Shown piece after piece: positions 50,805-61,538 of a DNA stretch of 64,000 bases. How positions within the stretch are numbered: position 1 is the stretch's first letter; each line of letters starts with the position of its first letter. A program made the position numbers and the translations under genes. Origin of the DNA: Sideroxyarcus sp. (GTDB taxonomy: Bacteria > Pseudomonadota > Gammaproteobacteria > Burkholderiales > Gallionellaceae); NCBI GenBank assembly GCA_030651895.1, contig JAUSBR010000012.1, forward strand, positions 54,812 through 118,811. Direction: 5' to 3'. Under the pieces are notes generated by a model. That model was not told the origin of the DNA, made no database searches, and saw nothing but the letters and a program-made list of their open reading frames with translations.

Positions 50805-50853
50805 ACCATAAGCATACCTTATGGTTCACATAAATATATTTGACTATTATTTA
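50805..50853. promoter_or_regulatory. CbbR binding sites (three TNA-N7-TNA)
   Basis: Palindromic ACCATAAGCATACCTTATGGT, then TAA-N7-TGA (50831) and TGA-N7-TTA (50841). Confidence 0.8.
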
Positions 50854-50910
50854 TGATTGCCGGGCGTATAGTTCGCTCCGTAGTCATTCAAACGAAAGAG
50901 GAGAACATAG

Positions 50911-52290
50911 ATGGATCAATCGAATCGTTACTCGGATCTGAGCCTTAAAGAAGAAGACCTGATCAAGAACGGCGGCCATATTCTGGTTGCTTACACCATG
51001 ACCCCGGCAGCCGGCGTCGGCTACCTGGAAGCGGCAGCGCACATCGCCGCCGAATCTTCGACCGGTACCAACGTCGAAGTTAGCACCACCGACGAATTCA
51101 CCAAGGGCGTGGACGCGCTGGTGTACTCCATCGACGAAGCCAAGGGCATCATGAAGGTGGCTTATCCGAATGACCTGTTCGACCGCAACGTGACCGACGG
51201 CCGCGCGATGATCGTCTCTTTCCTGACGCTCGCGATCGGTAACAATCAGGGCATGGGCGACATTGAGAATCTGCAGATGCAAGACTTCTATGTTCCGCCG
51301 CGCATGCTGCAACTGTTCGACGGCCCCGCAAAGGACATCACCGACCTGTGGCGTATTCTGGGTCGTCCGGTCAAGGACGGCGGCTACATCTCCGGCACCA
51401 TCATCAAGCCGAAGCTGGGTCTGCGTCCCGAGCCTTTCGCCAAGGCTGCTTACCAGTTCTGGCTGGGCGGCGACTTCATCAAGAACGACGAGCCGCAAGG
51501 CAACCAGGTGTTCTGCCCGATCAAGAAGGTGCTGCCTCTCGTTTACGACGCGATGAAGCGCGCCCAGGACGAAACCGGCCAGGCCAAACTGTTCTCCATG
51601 AACATCACCGCTGATGACCACTACGAAATGTGTGCCCGTGCCGATTTCGCTCTGGAAACATTCGGTCCGGATGCCGACAAGGTCGCGTTCCTGGTTGACG
51701 GTTATGTCGGCGGTCCCGGCATGATCACCACAGCCCGTCGCCAATACGCAAGCCAGTACCTGCACTACCACCGTGCCGGTCACGGCGCGGTGACATCGCC
51801 TTCTTCCAAGCGCGGCTACACCGCGTTCGTGCTGGCCAAGATGTCCCGTCTGCAAGGTGCTTCCGGTATCCACGTCGGCACCATGGGCTTCGGCAAGATG
51901 GAAGGCGGCAAGGATGACAAGGTCATCGCCTACATGATCGAGCGCGACAGCTGCCAAGGTCCGTTCTACCATCAAGAGTGGTACGGCATGAAGCCGACCA
52001 CACCGATCATCTCCGGCGGCATGAACGCGCTGCGTCTGCCAGGCTTCTTCGAGAATCTGGGTCACGGCAACGTGATCAACACAGCTGGCGGCGGATCTTA
52101 CGGCCACATCGACAGCCCGGCAGCCGGCGCGATCTCTCTGCGTCAAGCTTACGAGTGCTGGAAAGCCGGTGCAGACCCGATCCAGTGGGCCAAGGAACAC
52201 AAGGAATTCGCACGCGCGTTCGAATCCTTCCCGAAAGATTCCGACAAGTTGTTCCCGGGCTGGCGCGAAAAGCTGGGTGTACACAAGTAA
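50911..52290 (+). CDS. cbbM: RuBisCO form II
   Basis: MDQSNRY start, [29 protein letters not shown]; no small subunit gene. Confidence 0.98.
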   Translation: MDQSNRYSDLSLKEEDLIKNGGHILVAYTMTPAAGVGYLEAAAHIAAESSTGTNVEVSTTDEFTKGVDALVYSIDEAKGIMKVAYPNDLFDRNVTDGRAMIVSFLTLAIGNNQGMGDIENLQMQDFYVPPRMLQLFDGPAKDITDLWRILGRPVKDGGYISGTIIKPKLGLRPEPFAKAAYQFWLGGDFIKNDEPQGNQVFCPIKKVLPLVYDAMKRAQDETGQAKLFSMNITADDHYEMCARADFALETFGPDADKVAFLVDGYVGGPGMITTARRQYASQYLHYHRAGHGAVTSPSSKRGYTAFVLAKMSRLQGASGIHVGTMGFGKMEGGKDDKVIAYMIERDSCQGPFYHQEWYGMKPTTPIISGGMNALRLPGFFENLGHGNVINTAGGGSYGHIDSPAAGAISLRQAYECWKAGADPIQWAKEHKEFARAFESFPKDSDKLFPGWREKLGVHK

Positions 52291-52422
52291 TAAAACAGGG
52301 GGGAGTGGAGAAGCGTCTGCAGCTTCAAGCAGCAGGCGCGGCTCCAAAAGGACCTGGCAGAGGAAAAATAGCTGTTTGCTTGAAACAATAAAGCTGTCGC
52401 AGATCAGCTTGCATTAACAACG

Positions 52423-52450
52423 CGCCCCCACAAGCTGGGGGCGTTTTTTT
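52423..52450 (+). terminator. Intrinsic terminator between cbbM and cbbQ
   Basis: CGCCCCCA-CAAGC-TGGGGGCG-TTTTTTT. Confidence 0.85.
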
Positions 52451-52493
52451 CCCGAAGTACAAGCCGCTCAACTTGCGGATACATGGAGCAACC

Positions 52494-53297
52494 ATGATGA
52501 ATACAGATCAATACAAGGTCCACAAGGAACCGTTCTATCAGACGCAGGGCGACGAAGTGGCGCTGTACGAAGCCGCCTACGCCGCGCGTTTGCCGGTGAT
52601 GGTGAAAGGCCCGACTGGCTGCGGAAAATCGCGTTTCATCGAATACATGGCGTGGAAACTCAACAAGCCACTGATCACGGTGGCCTGCAACGAGGACATG
52701 ACCGCCAGCGACCTGGTCGGGCGCTATCTGCTCGATGCCAACGGCACGCGCTGGCTCGACGGTCCGCTGACCACGGCTGCACGCATCGGCGCGATCTGCT
52801 ACCTCGACGAGATCGTCGAAGCGCGCCAGGACACTACCGTCGTCATCCACCCGCTCACCGATCACCGCCGCACGCTGCCGCTGGACAAGAAGGGCGAGCT
52901 GATCGAAGCGCATCCCGATTTCCAGTTGGTGATCTCTTACAACCCCGGCTACCAGAGCCTGATGAAGGACCTGAAGCAATCGACCAAGCAGCGCTTCACC
53001 GCGTTCGAGTTCGATTATCCGGAAGCCAAGGTCGAGTCGGAGATCCTGAGCAAGGAAGCGGGCATCGAGATCGGCCTGGCATCGCAACTGGTGAAGATCG
53101 GCCACGCCGCACGCAACCTCAAAGGTCACGGACTGGACGAGGGCATCTCCACGCGTCTGCTGGTTTACGCAGCGACCCTGATCAAGGGCGGTGTTGCGCC
53201 GAAGGCGGCCTGCCGCATGGCGATGGTGCGCCCGATCACCGACGACGCGGATATCCGCGACACACTGGATCACGCCATCGACGCGACCTTCGCCTGA
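52494..53297 (+). CDS. cbbQ: RuBisCO activase AAA+ subunit CbbQ
   Basis: [32 protein letters not shown]. Confidence 0.96.
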   Translation: MMNTDQYKVHKEPFYQTQGDEVALYEAAYAARLPVMVKGPTGCGKSRFIEYMAWKLNKPLITVACNEDMTASDLVGRYLLDANGTRWLDGPLTTAARIGAICYLDEIVEARQDTTVVIHPLTDHRRTLPLDKKGELIEAHPDFQLVISYNPGYQSLMKDLKQSTKQRFTAFEFDYPEAKVESEILSKEAGIEIGLASQLVKIGHAARNLKGHGLDEGISTRLLVYAATLIKGGVAPKAACRMAMVRPITDDADIRDTLDHAIDATFA

Positions 53298-53301
53298 CAT
53301 C

Positions 53302-55566
53302 ATGGCCACGCAAACGGTAGACATACCGGAAGAACTGCAACCCTACTGGTCGGAACTCGACTGCGGCTTCCCGCGCGTGGGCGAGGTGTTTCCCGACTGT
53401 ATGCGCAGGGCCCTGTCGCTGCTGACCGACGATGGCGTGGCCGCGTATATCGAATACGCGCGTTTCCTCGGCAAGATGGGGCGCGGCGCCGAGCCGATTC
53501 TGATCTTCCTGGAAGAGTGGCCGGAAGTCGCCATGCAGGTCGGTGAGGACGTGCTGCCCGACATCATGCAGTTCATTCTTAAGATGTCGAAATCGCCCAA
53601 CAGCAAGGCGATCACACCATTCCTGCAATCGTTGCCGGTGACGGGGCGCAGGTTGCAGACGCGCGAGCGGATGAACGGCTACATTGCCATCGCGCTCGAT
53701 CTGATGGAGCGCACCACCAGTTCGGTACACGGTATCCACCAGACCTTCCCCAGTCCCGGCCTGCCCGAGATGTTCAAGCAAGTCCCGGTGCTGCTCGCCC
53801 AACTATCCTTGAACGGCCTGAAGAATTGGGTGGATTACGGGGTGCGTTATTACGACGACCATCCCGACCGCCAGACCGAATATTTCAGTCTGCAGTCTGC
53901 CGACAGTCGCGCGGTGCTGCAGCGCGAACGGCATGGCACCCTGCTGGTGGATAACGATCGCAAGCTCGGCATGTATCTGCGCGGCCTGTGGGAGGACGAG
54001 GACATGCTGATCCCCTTCTCCGGTACGCTCGACGAATCGAATAAGCCGATCCCTTACTACGACAAGCTCGGCATCCGTCTGCCCGATGTGTTCGATGACG
54101 CGAACGGTATTCCCGGTATCGACCGCTACCGTGCCGCGCTGGCCCACATCATGGGCCACCGCCGCTGGACCAAGGCCATCATCGCCGACAACATGAGTCC
54201 CTTCCAGCGCATGGCAGCGGAGTTCCTTGAGGACAGCCGCGTCGAATATCTGGCGATGCGCGAATATCCCGGCCTGCGCCGCATCTTTACCGCGTTGCAC
54301 CCCGTGCCGAAAGAAGATGCCTGCGACCCGGAAAGCGAATCCACTGTGCGCCATCGCCTGGCGATGCTGTCGCGCGCCATTCTTGATCCGCAGCATCCCT
54401 ACAAGAACAAGCACATCACCGAATACGCGCAGCGCTTCCATGCCCTGATGGAACAGGGTGAGTCGGGCACGCAGGAGATGGCCGACCTTGGCATATCCTT
54501 CATCGCCAGGACCCGCTTGCCCAGCGACAACTTCGCCAGCACGCACTTCACCGATACGGTCGTCGATCATCGCGACGACAACCGGCAGATGTGGAAATTC
54601 ATCGAGGAAGGCGACGAGGAAGAAGCCTTCGACGAGCCGCGCAAGATAGAGCCGGGCGAAGAGCTGCAAGGCTTGCCTCCGCGCCACTATCACGAATGGG
54701 ATTACAACAACCAGAGCTACCGCCCGGATTGGGTCAGCGTGTACGAAGGCCTGCATCCGGCGGGCAAGGCGGCCGATATCGACAAGCTGCTGGAAAAGCA
54801 TGCCGCGCTGGCCAAGCGCCTGAAGAAGATACTCGACCTGCTCAAGCCGCAGGACAAGGTGCGCATCCGCTACCAGGAAGAAGGCAGCGAGCTGGACCTC
54901 GATGTCGCCATCCGTTCTCTCATCGACTACAAGAGCGGTGCTCAACCCGATCCGCGCATCAACATGAGCCATCGCAACGACGGTCGCAGCATCGCCGTGA
55001 TGCTGCTGCTCGACCTGTCCGAATCGCTCAACGAAAAGCCGGCCGGCAGCGAACAGACCATATTGGAGCTAAGCCAGGAAGCAGTGACTCTGCTCGGCTG
55101 GGCAGTGGATAAACTGGGCGATCCCTTCGCCATCGCGGGCTTCCATTCCAACACCCGTCATGATGTGCGCTACCTGCACATCAAAGGCTACAGCGAACCC
55201 TGGGACGACCAGGTGAAAAGCCGTTTGGCGGCGATGGAAGCCAGCTATTCCACACGCATGGGTGCCGCGATGCGCCATGCCGCCCACTATCTGGAAAAGC
55301 AGCAGGCAGACAAGAAGCTGATGCTGATCCTGACCGATGGCCAGCCCGCGGACATCGATACCAAGGACGGGGAATTGTTGATCGCGGATGCGCGCCAGGC
55401 GGTGAAGGAACTGGACCGCCAAGGCATCTACAGCTACTGCATCAACCTCGATCCCAAGGCCGACGAGTACGTGGCAGACATCTTCGGCAAGCAATACACC
55501 ATCGTCGACAACGTGGCGCAACTGCCGGTGAAGCTGCCGGAACTGTTCATCTCATTGACCAAATGA
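53302..55566 (+). CDS. cbbO: RuBisCO activase adaptor CbbO (VWA)
   Basis: C-terminal VWA with DLSES MIDAS, TRMGAAMRHA, LTDGQP; ATG 53302. Confidence 0.94.
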   Translation: MATQTVDIPEELQPYWSELDCGFPRVGEVFPDCMRRALSLLTDDGVAAYIEYARFLGKMGRGAEPILIFLEEWPEVAMQVGEDVLPDIMQFILKMSKSPNSKAITPFLQSLPVTGRRLQTRERMNGYIAIALDLMERTTSSVHGIHQTFPSPGLPEMFKQVPVLLAQLSLNGLKNWVDYGVRYYDDHPDRQTEYFSLQSADSRAVLQRERHGTLLVDNDRKLGMYLRGLWEDEDMLIPFSGTLDESNKPIPYYDKLGIRLPDVFDDANGIPGIDRYRAALAHIMGHRRWTKAIIADNMSPFQRMAAEFLEDSRVEYLAMREYPGLRRIFTALHPVPKEDACDPESESTVRHRLAMLSRAILDPQHPYKNKHITEYAQRFHALMEQGESGTQEMADLGISFIARTRLPSDNFASTHFTDTVVDHRDDNRQMWKFIEEGDEEEAFDEPRKIEPGEELQGLPPRHYHEWDYNNQSYRPDWVSVYEGLHPAGKAADIDKLLEKHAALAKRLKKILDLLKPQDKVRIRYQEEGSELDLDVAIRSLIDYKSGAQPDPRINMSHRNDGRSIAVMLLLDLSESLNEKPAGSEQTILELSQEAVTLLGWAVDKLGDPFAIAGFHSNTRHDVRYLHIKGYSEPWDDQVKSRLAAMEASYSTRMGAAMRHAAHYLEKQQADKKLMLILTDGQPADIDTKDGELLIADARQAVKELDRQGIYSYCINLDPKADEYVADIFGKQYTIVDNVAQLPVKLPELFISLTK

Positions 55567-56537
55567 ACGAACAGGGAGACATGCGCATGGGCGATATCGG
55601 CGAACCCTGGATGTGGGGGATGTTCATCGCCTTCGTGCTGGTGATGCTGGCGCTGGACCTGTTCGTCTTCGGCGGGCGCAAGGCACACAAGGTGAGCGTG
55701 AAGGAAGCGGCGCTGTGGTCGCTGGCCTGGCTGACGCTGGCGTTGCTGTTCAACGGGCTGCTGTGGTGGTACCTGCGGGGAACGGCAGGCGATACGGTGG
55801 CCGATGCCAAGGCGCTGGAGTTCCTGACCGGTTACCTGATCGAGAAGTCACTGTCGGTGGACAATGTGTTCGTGTTCCTGCTGATCTTCGGCGCCTTCCA
55901 TGTTCCGCCCGAGTACCAGCGCCGCGTGCTGGTCTACGGCGTGCTCGGCGCGATCGTCCTGCGTGCCGTGATGATTCTGGCCGGGGCCTGGGTGGTGCGT
56001 GAATTCAGCTGGGTGCTGTACTTGTTCGGCGCCTTCCTGGTCGTCACCGGCCTGCGCATGCTGGTGATGGCGGAGAAGACACCGGATCTGGAACAGAACC
56101 CGGTGCTGCGGTTCGCGCGTCGGCACCTGCGCATCACGACGGACGACCACGGCGAAAAGTTCAGTGTGATGAAGGACGGCCTGCGCTGGTTCACGCCGCT
56201 GTTCCTGGTGCTGATCCTGATCGAGGTCACCGACCTGGTGTTCGCGGTGGACTCCATCCCGGCCATCTTCGCGATCACCACCGATCCTTTTATCGTGTTC
56301 ACATCCAATATCTTTGCGATCATGGGCTTGCGTGCGCTGTACTTCCTGCTGGCCGACGTGGCCGACCGCTTCCACCTGCTGAAATACGGGCTGGCGCTGG
56401 TGCTGGCCTTCATCGGTTGCAAGATGCTGATCGCGCCCTGGTATCACGTGCCTGTGCAGGCCTCGCTGCTGATCGTTGCCGTGCTGATCGGCACCAGCGT
56501 GGTTGCGAGCCTGATCGCAACGCGCGGAGGGAAATGA
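55563..56537 (+). CDS. TerC/Alx-family membrane protein
   Basis: EKSLSVDNVFVF, DLVFAVDSIPAIFA, SNIFAIMGLRALYF; ATGA overlap with cbbO. Confidence 0.93.
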   Translation: MNEQGDMRMGDIGEPWMWGMFIAFVLVMLALDLFVFGGRKAHKVSVKEAALWSLAWLTLALLFNGLLWWYLRGTAGDTVADAKALEFLTGYLIEKSLSVDNVFVFLLIFGAFHVPPEYQRRVLVYGVLGAIVLRAVMILAGAWVVREFSWVLYLFGAFLVVTGLRMLVMAEKTPDLEQNPVLRFARRHLRITTDDHGEKFSVMKDGLRWFTPLFLVLILIEVTDLVFAVDSIPAIFAITTDPFIVFTSNIFAIMGLRALYFLLADVADRFHLLKYGLALVLAFIGCKMLIAPWYHVPVQASLLIVAVLIGTSVVASLIATRGGK

Positions 56538-56625
56538 CGCGAATCACCGGTAAATAGCCGTAGAGAGCAAAGTGCAAAAGCAGTAAAATCCGTTAGTTGT
56601 AAAATCAAATCAGAGGAGAGCAGTA

Positions 56626-57627
56626 ATGAGCAAAAGTTTGATCCAGTTCATCATCGAAGAACAACGCCACATCCCCGGCGCGACCGGCGACTTTACCGGC
56701 CTGCTGAGCGACGTTATCTCCGCTTGCAAGCAGATCGCCCATGACGTGAACAAAGGCGCGTTGATCGGTGTGCTGGGCAGCGCCGGCAGCGAGAACGTGC
56801 AGGGCGAGACCCAGAAGAAACTGGACATCATCACCAACGAGGTGTTCATCAAGGCCAACGAGTGGAGCGGTCACCTGGCGGCGATGGCTTCGGAAGAGAT
56901 GGACGACATCTACCCGATCCCGGCCAAGTACCCCAAGGGCAAGTACCTCATCACCTTCGACCCGCTGGATGGCTCTTCCAACATCGACGTGAACATCTCC
57001 GTCGGCACCATCTTCTCCATCCTGCGTTGCCCAGAAGGCGTGACCAACCCGACCGCTGCCGACTTCATGCAGCCCGGCACCAAGCAGATCTGCGCCGGTT
57101 ATGCGCTGTACGGCCCGAACACCATGATGGTGATCACCACCGGCCACGGCGTGAACGGCTTCACGCTGGACCGTGACGTCGGTGAGTTCTTCCTGACCCA
57201 CCCGAACATGACCATCCCGGAAGACACCGCCGAGTTCGCCATCAACATGTCCAACCAGCGCTACTGGGAAAAGCCCGTGCAGCGTTACGTCGAAGAGTGC
57301 GTCAAGGGCAAGGACGGCGGCCGCGAGAAGAACTTCAACATGCGCTGGGTTGCCTCCATGGTTGCCGAAGTACACCGCATCCTCACCCGCGGCGGCATCT
57401 TCATGTATCCGTTCGACACCAAGGATCCGGCCAAGGCAGGCAAACTGCGCCTGATGTACGAAGCCAACCCGATGTCGTTCATCGTCGAGCAGGCAGGCGG
57501 CATGAGTTCCACCGGCCGCGAGCGCATCATGGAACTGAAGCCCACCGGTCTGCATCAACGCGTGCCCGTCATCCTCGGCTCGAAGAAAGAAGTCGAGCGC
57601 GTGGTGGGTTACCACAAGGGAGCATAA
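56626..57627 (+). CDS. fbp: Fructose-1,6-bisphosphatase class 1
   Basis: [22 protein letters not shown]. Confidence 0.97.
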   Translation: MSKSLIQFIIEEQRHIPGATGDFTGLLSDVISACKQIAHDVNKGALIGVLGSAGSENVQGETQKKLDIITNEVFIKANEWSGHLAAMASEEMDDIYPIPAKYPKGKYLITFDPLDGSSNIDVNISVGTIFSILRCPEGVTNPTAADFMQPGTKQICAGYALYGPNTMMVITTGHGVNGFTLDRDVGEFFLTHPNMTIPEDTAEFAINMSNQRYWEKPVQRYVEECVKGKDGGREKNFNMRWVASMVAEVHRILTRGGIFMYPFDTKDPAKAGKLRLMYEANPMSFIVEQAGGMSSTGRERIMELKPTGLHQRVPVILGSKKEVERVVGYHKGA

Positions 57628-57630
57628 GAC

Positions 57631-58125
57631 ATGGCCAAGCCGCTCGTTTCCATCGTGATGGGCAGTTCGAATGACTGGGAGATCATGCAGCAGACCGCGC
57701 GCGCGCTGCAGGATTTCGGTGTGACGTTCGACGCCCGCGTCATTTCGGCGCACCGATCTCCCGATCTGCTGTTCGACTACATCAAGGAAATGAGCGCGCA
57801 AGGCGTGCAGTGTTTCATCGCCGGTGCGGGCGGTGCGGCGCATCTGGCCGGCGTCATTGCCGGCAAGACCACGCTGCCCGTGCTGGGCGTCCCCATTCCC
57901 TCCAAATATCTGAAGGGCATGGACTCATTACTGTCCATCGTGCAGATGCCGAAAGGCATCCCAGTAGCGACCTTCGCCATCGGCGAAGCGGGCGCGGCGA
58001 ATGCAGGTCTGTTCGCCGTCTCCATGCTGGCACTGAACGACAAGGCGCTGGCTGACAAGCTGGCGGCCTATCGCAAGAAACAAGCGGAGCAGATCGCAGC
58101 AACGACATTGCCCGCATTGAGCTGA
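57631..58125 (+). CDS. purE: N5-CAIR mutase (class I PurE)
   Basis: MGSSND, SAHRSP, AGGAAHLAG, SIVQMPKGIPVAT. Confidence 0.96.
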   Translation: MAKPLVSIVMGSSNDWEIMQQTARALQDFGVTFDARVISAHRSPDLLFDYIKEMSAQGVQCFIAGAGGAAHLAGVIAGKTTLPVLGVPIPSKYLKGMDSLLSIVQMPKGIPVATFAIGEAGAANAGLFAVSMLALNDKALADKLAAYRKKQAEQIAATTLPALS

Positions 58126-58141
58126 CCTGCTGAGAAACCAC

Positions 58142-58564
58142 ATGGATAAGCCGGTACAGGTATTCAACAAGAAGTTGCTCCAGTTCGTGGAGCACATCGG
58201 TCTGCTGGTCATCGCTATTGCCACGGTGATCGCCATGACTGGCGAGATCATCACGATGCTGGAAGCCAGGCAGGTGACGCTGGCTGATTTGCTGCTGTTG
58301 TTCCTGTACCTGGAGATATTTGCCATGGTTGGTGCGTATTACGAATCCGGCAGGATGCAGGTGCGCTTCCCGCTCTACATCGGCATAGTGGCGCTGGCGC
58401 GCTATCTGGTGCTGGATATCAAGGCCATGGAAGACTGGCGCTTGCTGGCCGTAAGCGGATCGGTATTGCTTCTGACACTGTCCGTGCTGGTAGTGCGCTA
58501 CGGCCATGTACGCTTCCCCTATCTCGGCGGCGATACCACTCTGAAAAGAACCGATATTCCATAA
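58142..58564 (+). CDS. PsiE-family membrane protein
   Basis: LLLLFLYLE, FPLYIGIVALARYLV; four TM. Confidence 0.85.
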   Translation: MDKPVQVFNKKLLQFVEHIGLLVIAIATVIAMTGEIITMLEARQVTLADLLLLFLYLEIFAMVGAYYESGRMQVRFPLYIGIVALARYLVLDIKAMEDWRLLAVSGSVLLLTLSVLVVRYGHVRFPYLGGDTTLKRTDIP

Positions 58565-58582
58565 AACCAACCATCAACCAAC

Positions 58583-59470
58583 ATGAATCCAGCCCTGCAC
58601 GAATCTAACCTGACAAGCCTGAAGTTCCTGCATCGCGGCAAGGTGCGCGACCTGTACGAAGTGGACGCCGACCACCTGCTCATCGTGCAGACCGATCGTC
58701 TTTCCGCATTCGACGTGATCCTGCCAACGCCCATTCCCGGCAAGGGCGAGGTGCTCACGGCTGTGTCGAACTTCTGGTTCAAGAAACTGGCGAACGTGAT
58801 CCCGAACCACCTCTCCGGTATCGATCCGGAATCCGTGGTGAAGACCGAGGCGGAAAAGGCGCAAGTGCGTGGTCGTGCCTTCGTCACCAAGAAACTGAAG
58901 CCGCTGCCTATCGAAGCCATCGTGCGCGGCTACCTGGTCGGTTCCGGTTGGAAGGACTACAAGAAGACCGGCGCGGTCTGCGGCATCAAGTTGCCCGCCG
59001 GTATGCAGGAAGCGCAGAAACTGCCGCAGCCGCTGTTCACGCCGTCGACCAAGGCGGCAGCGGGTGAGCATGACGAGAACATCTCGTTCGAGGAAGCAAA
59101 GAAACTGCTGGGCGCCGACATGGCCGAGCAGGTGAAGAACGCCACACTCGCGCTGTATACCCAGGCCGCGGATTACGCATTGACACGCGGCATCATCATC
59201 GCCGATACCAAGTTCGAGTTCGGCACCGACAGTAACGGTAAGCTGTATCTGATCGACGAAGCGCTGACGCCTGACTCGTCGCGCTTCTGGCCCGCCGACC
59301 AGTACAAGGTCGGCAGCAACCCGCCCAGTTTCGACAAGCAGTTCGTGCGCGACTGGCTGGAGTCTTCCGGCTGGAACAAACAGCCGCCCGCACCGCAGGT
59401 CCCGGCCGATGTGCTGCAAAGGACCGCCGACAAATACCGCGAAGCGCAGCGGCTGTTGACTGGCGCATGA
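58583..59470 (+). CDS. purC: SAICAR synthase
   Basis: [31 protein letters not shown]. Confidence 0.97.
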   Translation: MNPALHESNLTSLKFLHRGKVRDLYEVDADHLLIVQTDRLSAFDVILPTPIPGKGEVLTAVSNFWFKKLANVIPNHLSGIDPESVVKTEAEKAQVRGRAFVTKKLKPLPIEAIVRGYLVGSGWKDYKKTGAVCGIKLPAGMQEAQKLPQPLFTPSTKAAAGEHDENISFEEAKKLLGADMAEQVKNATLALYTQAADYALTRGIIIADTKFEFGTDSNGKLYLIDEALTPDSSRFWPADQYKVGSNPPSFDKQFVRDWLESSGWNKQPPAPQVPADVLQRTADKYREAQRLLTGA

Positions 59471-60099
59471 GTGCGGTAGCGCAACTCATCGCAGGCTTCC
59501 GTCGATTCCGCGAACAGCATTTCGAGCGTCACGACAACCTCTACCAGCAACTGGTCAACCAGGGCCAGACCCCCAAGATACTGGTGGTCGCCTGCTGTGA
59601 TTCGCGCGTTGATCCTGCGCTGGTGTTCGATTGCGATCCCGGCGACCTGTTCGTCATCCGCAACGTCGCCAATCTTGTTCCACCTCTGGAAGACCACCAC
59701 GGCCACCACGGCACCACCGCCGCCATCGAATACGGAGTCAATTTTCTTGGCGTCGGACACGTCATCGTGCTGGGGCACGCGCACTGCGGTGGCATCAACG
59801 CGTTGGTTAAGACCGGTGGCGTCTGTGCAAAGGGTTCATACATCGACGACTGGATGTGCCTTGCGGAAAGTGCACGTTCCGAGGTGATCGCCGAGTTACC
59901 GGACGCGCCGCTGGCAGAACAGGAGCGTGCCTGCGAACAGCGTTCGATTCTGGTCTCGCTGGCGAATCTGATGACGTTTCCGTGGATACGCGAACGCGTG
60001 GAGAACGGCAAGTTGAAACTGCATGGCTGGTACTTCGATATCGAGAACGGGCAGTTGCTACAGTACGACACAACTACCCGGCAGTTCGAAGAGCTCTGA
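59467..60099 (+). CDS. Beta-class carbonic anhydrase
   Basis: [21 protein letters not shown]; ATGA overlap with purC. Confidence 0.95.
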   Translation: MSAVAQLIAGFRRFREQHFERHDNLYQQLVNQGQTPKILVVACCDSRVDPALVFDCDPGDLFVIRNVANLVPPLEDHHGHHGTTAAIEYGVNFLGVGHVIVLGHAHCGGINALVKTGGVCAKGSYIDDWMCLAESARSEVIAELPDAPLAEQERACEQRSILVSLANLMTFPWIRERVENGKLKLHGWYFDIENGQLLQYDTTTRQFEEL

Positions 60100-60714
60100 T
60101 CACTTGATCGGCTCAAGTCCTTTCAGTTCACGGTAGCGCTGCTTGTCGGCCGCGTAGCGTGCCTTCACGCCATCCATCTCTTTCTGGCTGGTATCCAGCT
60201 CTTTCTGGCGCTTGGCGATCAACGCCTCGCCTTCCGTGATGTCTTCCGTCAAGGACTGCGGGATCTTGCGTTTCTTCTGGGTGAGCGCGTCACGCTCTTT
60301 GTACAACCCGTCCAGCGATTCCTTGGCCGACTTCAGCATGGTGGTATAGCTGTTTACGCGGGCCTCGACCTGCAACAAGTTGCGGTCTCGCGACAGGTCG
60401 ATCTCTTTTTCATTGCTGTAGGTGTTCAGCAGAGCCTCATCGTGGCGCTTGGCTTCCTTGGCAGCCCTGGAAATTTCAGGATCGACTTTGCTTTCCTGCT
60501 GTAATTTCACATCGAAACCGTCATTGCGTTCAGTGACGCGACCCTTCTCCAGCAGCTTGGTGTCCCGGTTGGCATATTCCGGCGGGATGGTCTCGCCGTA
60601 ATGGGTCTGTCCGTTCTTGTCCACCCACTTGTACAACTTGGCTTCGGCGTTCACGGAAACCATCGCCGCGCACAATGCCGCGGCAGTCACCAGCAATTTT
60701 GAATCGATCATCAT
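60100..60714 (-). CDS. DUF4124-domain exported protein
   Basis: Signal peptide, [13 protein letters not shown], coiled coil. Confidence 0.85.
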   Translation of the reverse strand: MMIDSKLLVTAAALCAAMVSVNAEAKLYKWVDKNGQTHYGETIPPEYANRDTKLLEKGRVTERNDGFDVKLQQESKVDPEISRAAKEAKRHDEALLNTYSNEKEIDLSRDRNLLQVEARVNSYTTMLKSAKESLDGLYKERDALTQKKRKIPQSLTEDITEGEALIAKRQKELDTSQKEMDGVKARYAADKQRYRELKGLEPIK

Positions 60715-61352
60715 TTCACCCCGTAACGGTCACGATAAGTTTGCACCGCGTGCAGATTCTGCACCAGTTCGGCCTGCCCCTGCAAATAAGCCAGAAGGTC
60801 ATCCAGCGCGGCGATGGAGACGACCGGCAGCCCGTAGTCGCGATTCACCTCCTGTACCGCCGACAATTCCCCTTGGCCCCGCTCCATGCGGTCCAGTGCG
60901 ATCACCACGCCGCACGGTGTGGCACCGGCCGCGCGGATAAGTTCGATGGACTCGCGCACCGAAGTGCCTGCCGAGATCACATCGTCGATGATCAGCACCT
61001 TGCCCTGCAGCTTCGCCCCCACCGTATTGCCGCCCTCTCCGTGGTCCTTGGCTTCCTTGCGGTTGAAGCAATAGGGTACGTTGCGCCCCTGTTCGGCCAG
61101 CGCAATGGAAGTACCCGCTACCAGCGGAATGCCCTTGTAGGCTGGGCCAAACAACATGTCGAACTCCATACCCGAGGCCAGGATGGCCTGGGCATAGAAC
61201 TGGCAAAGCTCGCGCAAGGCGGCCCCGTCCTGGAACAGTCCGGAATTGAAGAAATAAGGCGACAGACGGCCGGCCTTGGTCTGGAACTCGCCGAAACGGA
61301 GCACATTCTGTGCAACGGCGAAGCGGATGAAATCCTGGCGGTAAGCGTGCAT
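60711..61352 (-). CDS. pyrE: Orotate phosphoribosyltransferase
   Basis: [36 protein letters not shown]. Confidence 0.98.
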   Translation of the reverse strand: MHAYRQDFIRFAVAQNVLRFGEFQTKAGRLSPYFFNSGLFQDGAALRELCQFYAQAILASGMEFDMLFGPAYKGIPLVAGTSIALAEQGRNVPYCFNRKEAKDHGEGGNTVGAKLQGKVLIIDDVISAGTSVRESIELIRAAGATPCGVVIALDRMERGQGELSAVQEVNRDYGLPVVSIAALDDLLAYLQGQAELVQNLHAVQTYRDRYGVK

Positions 61353-61412
61353 GGGTAAGCTTTGCAGATGGATTGGTAAGAGCCACCATTATAATGCCCG
61401 CCTCACCATTAA

Positions 61413-61537
61413 TTTCGAATTTCAAGTCGAAGGTGAGACAAGGCGGCGATGAGCAAACGACGAAGACAGTACAAGAAGTACGGCTAGGAGTTTGCGAGGA
61501 AGCCAACGCAGTATCACCGATGAATTGGAATTCGAAA
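61413..61537. mobile_element. Correia-like MITE (125 bp)
   Basis: Terminal inverted repeats TTTCGAATTTCAAGTC/GAATTGGAATTCGAAA (14/16); core ACAAGGCGGCGA..GACAGTACAAGAAGTACGGC..CAACGCAGTA. Confidence 0.65.
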
Positions 61538-61538
61538 C

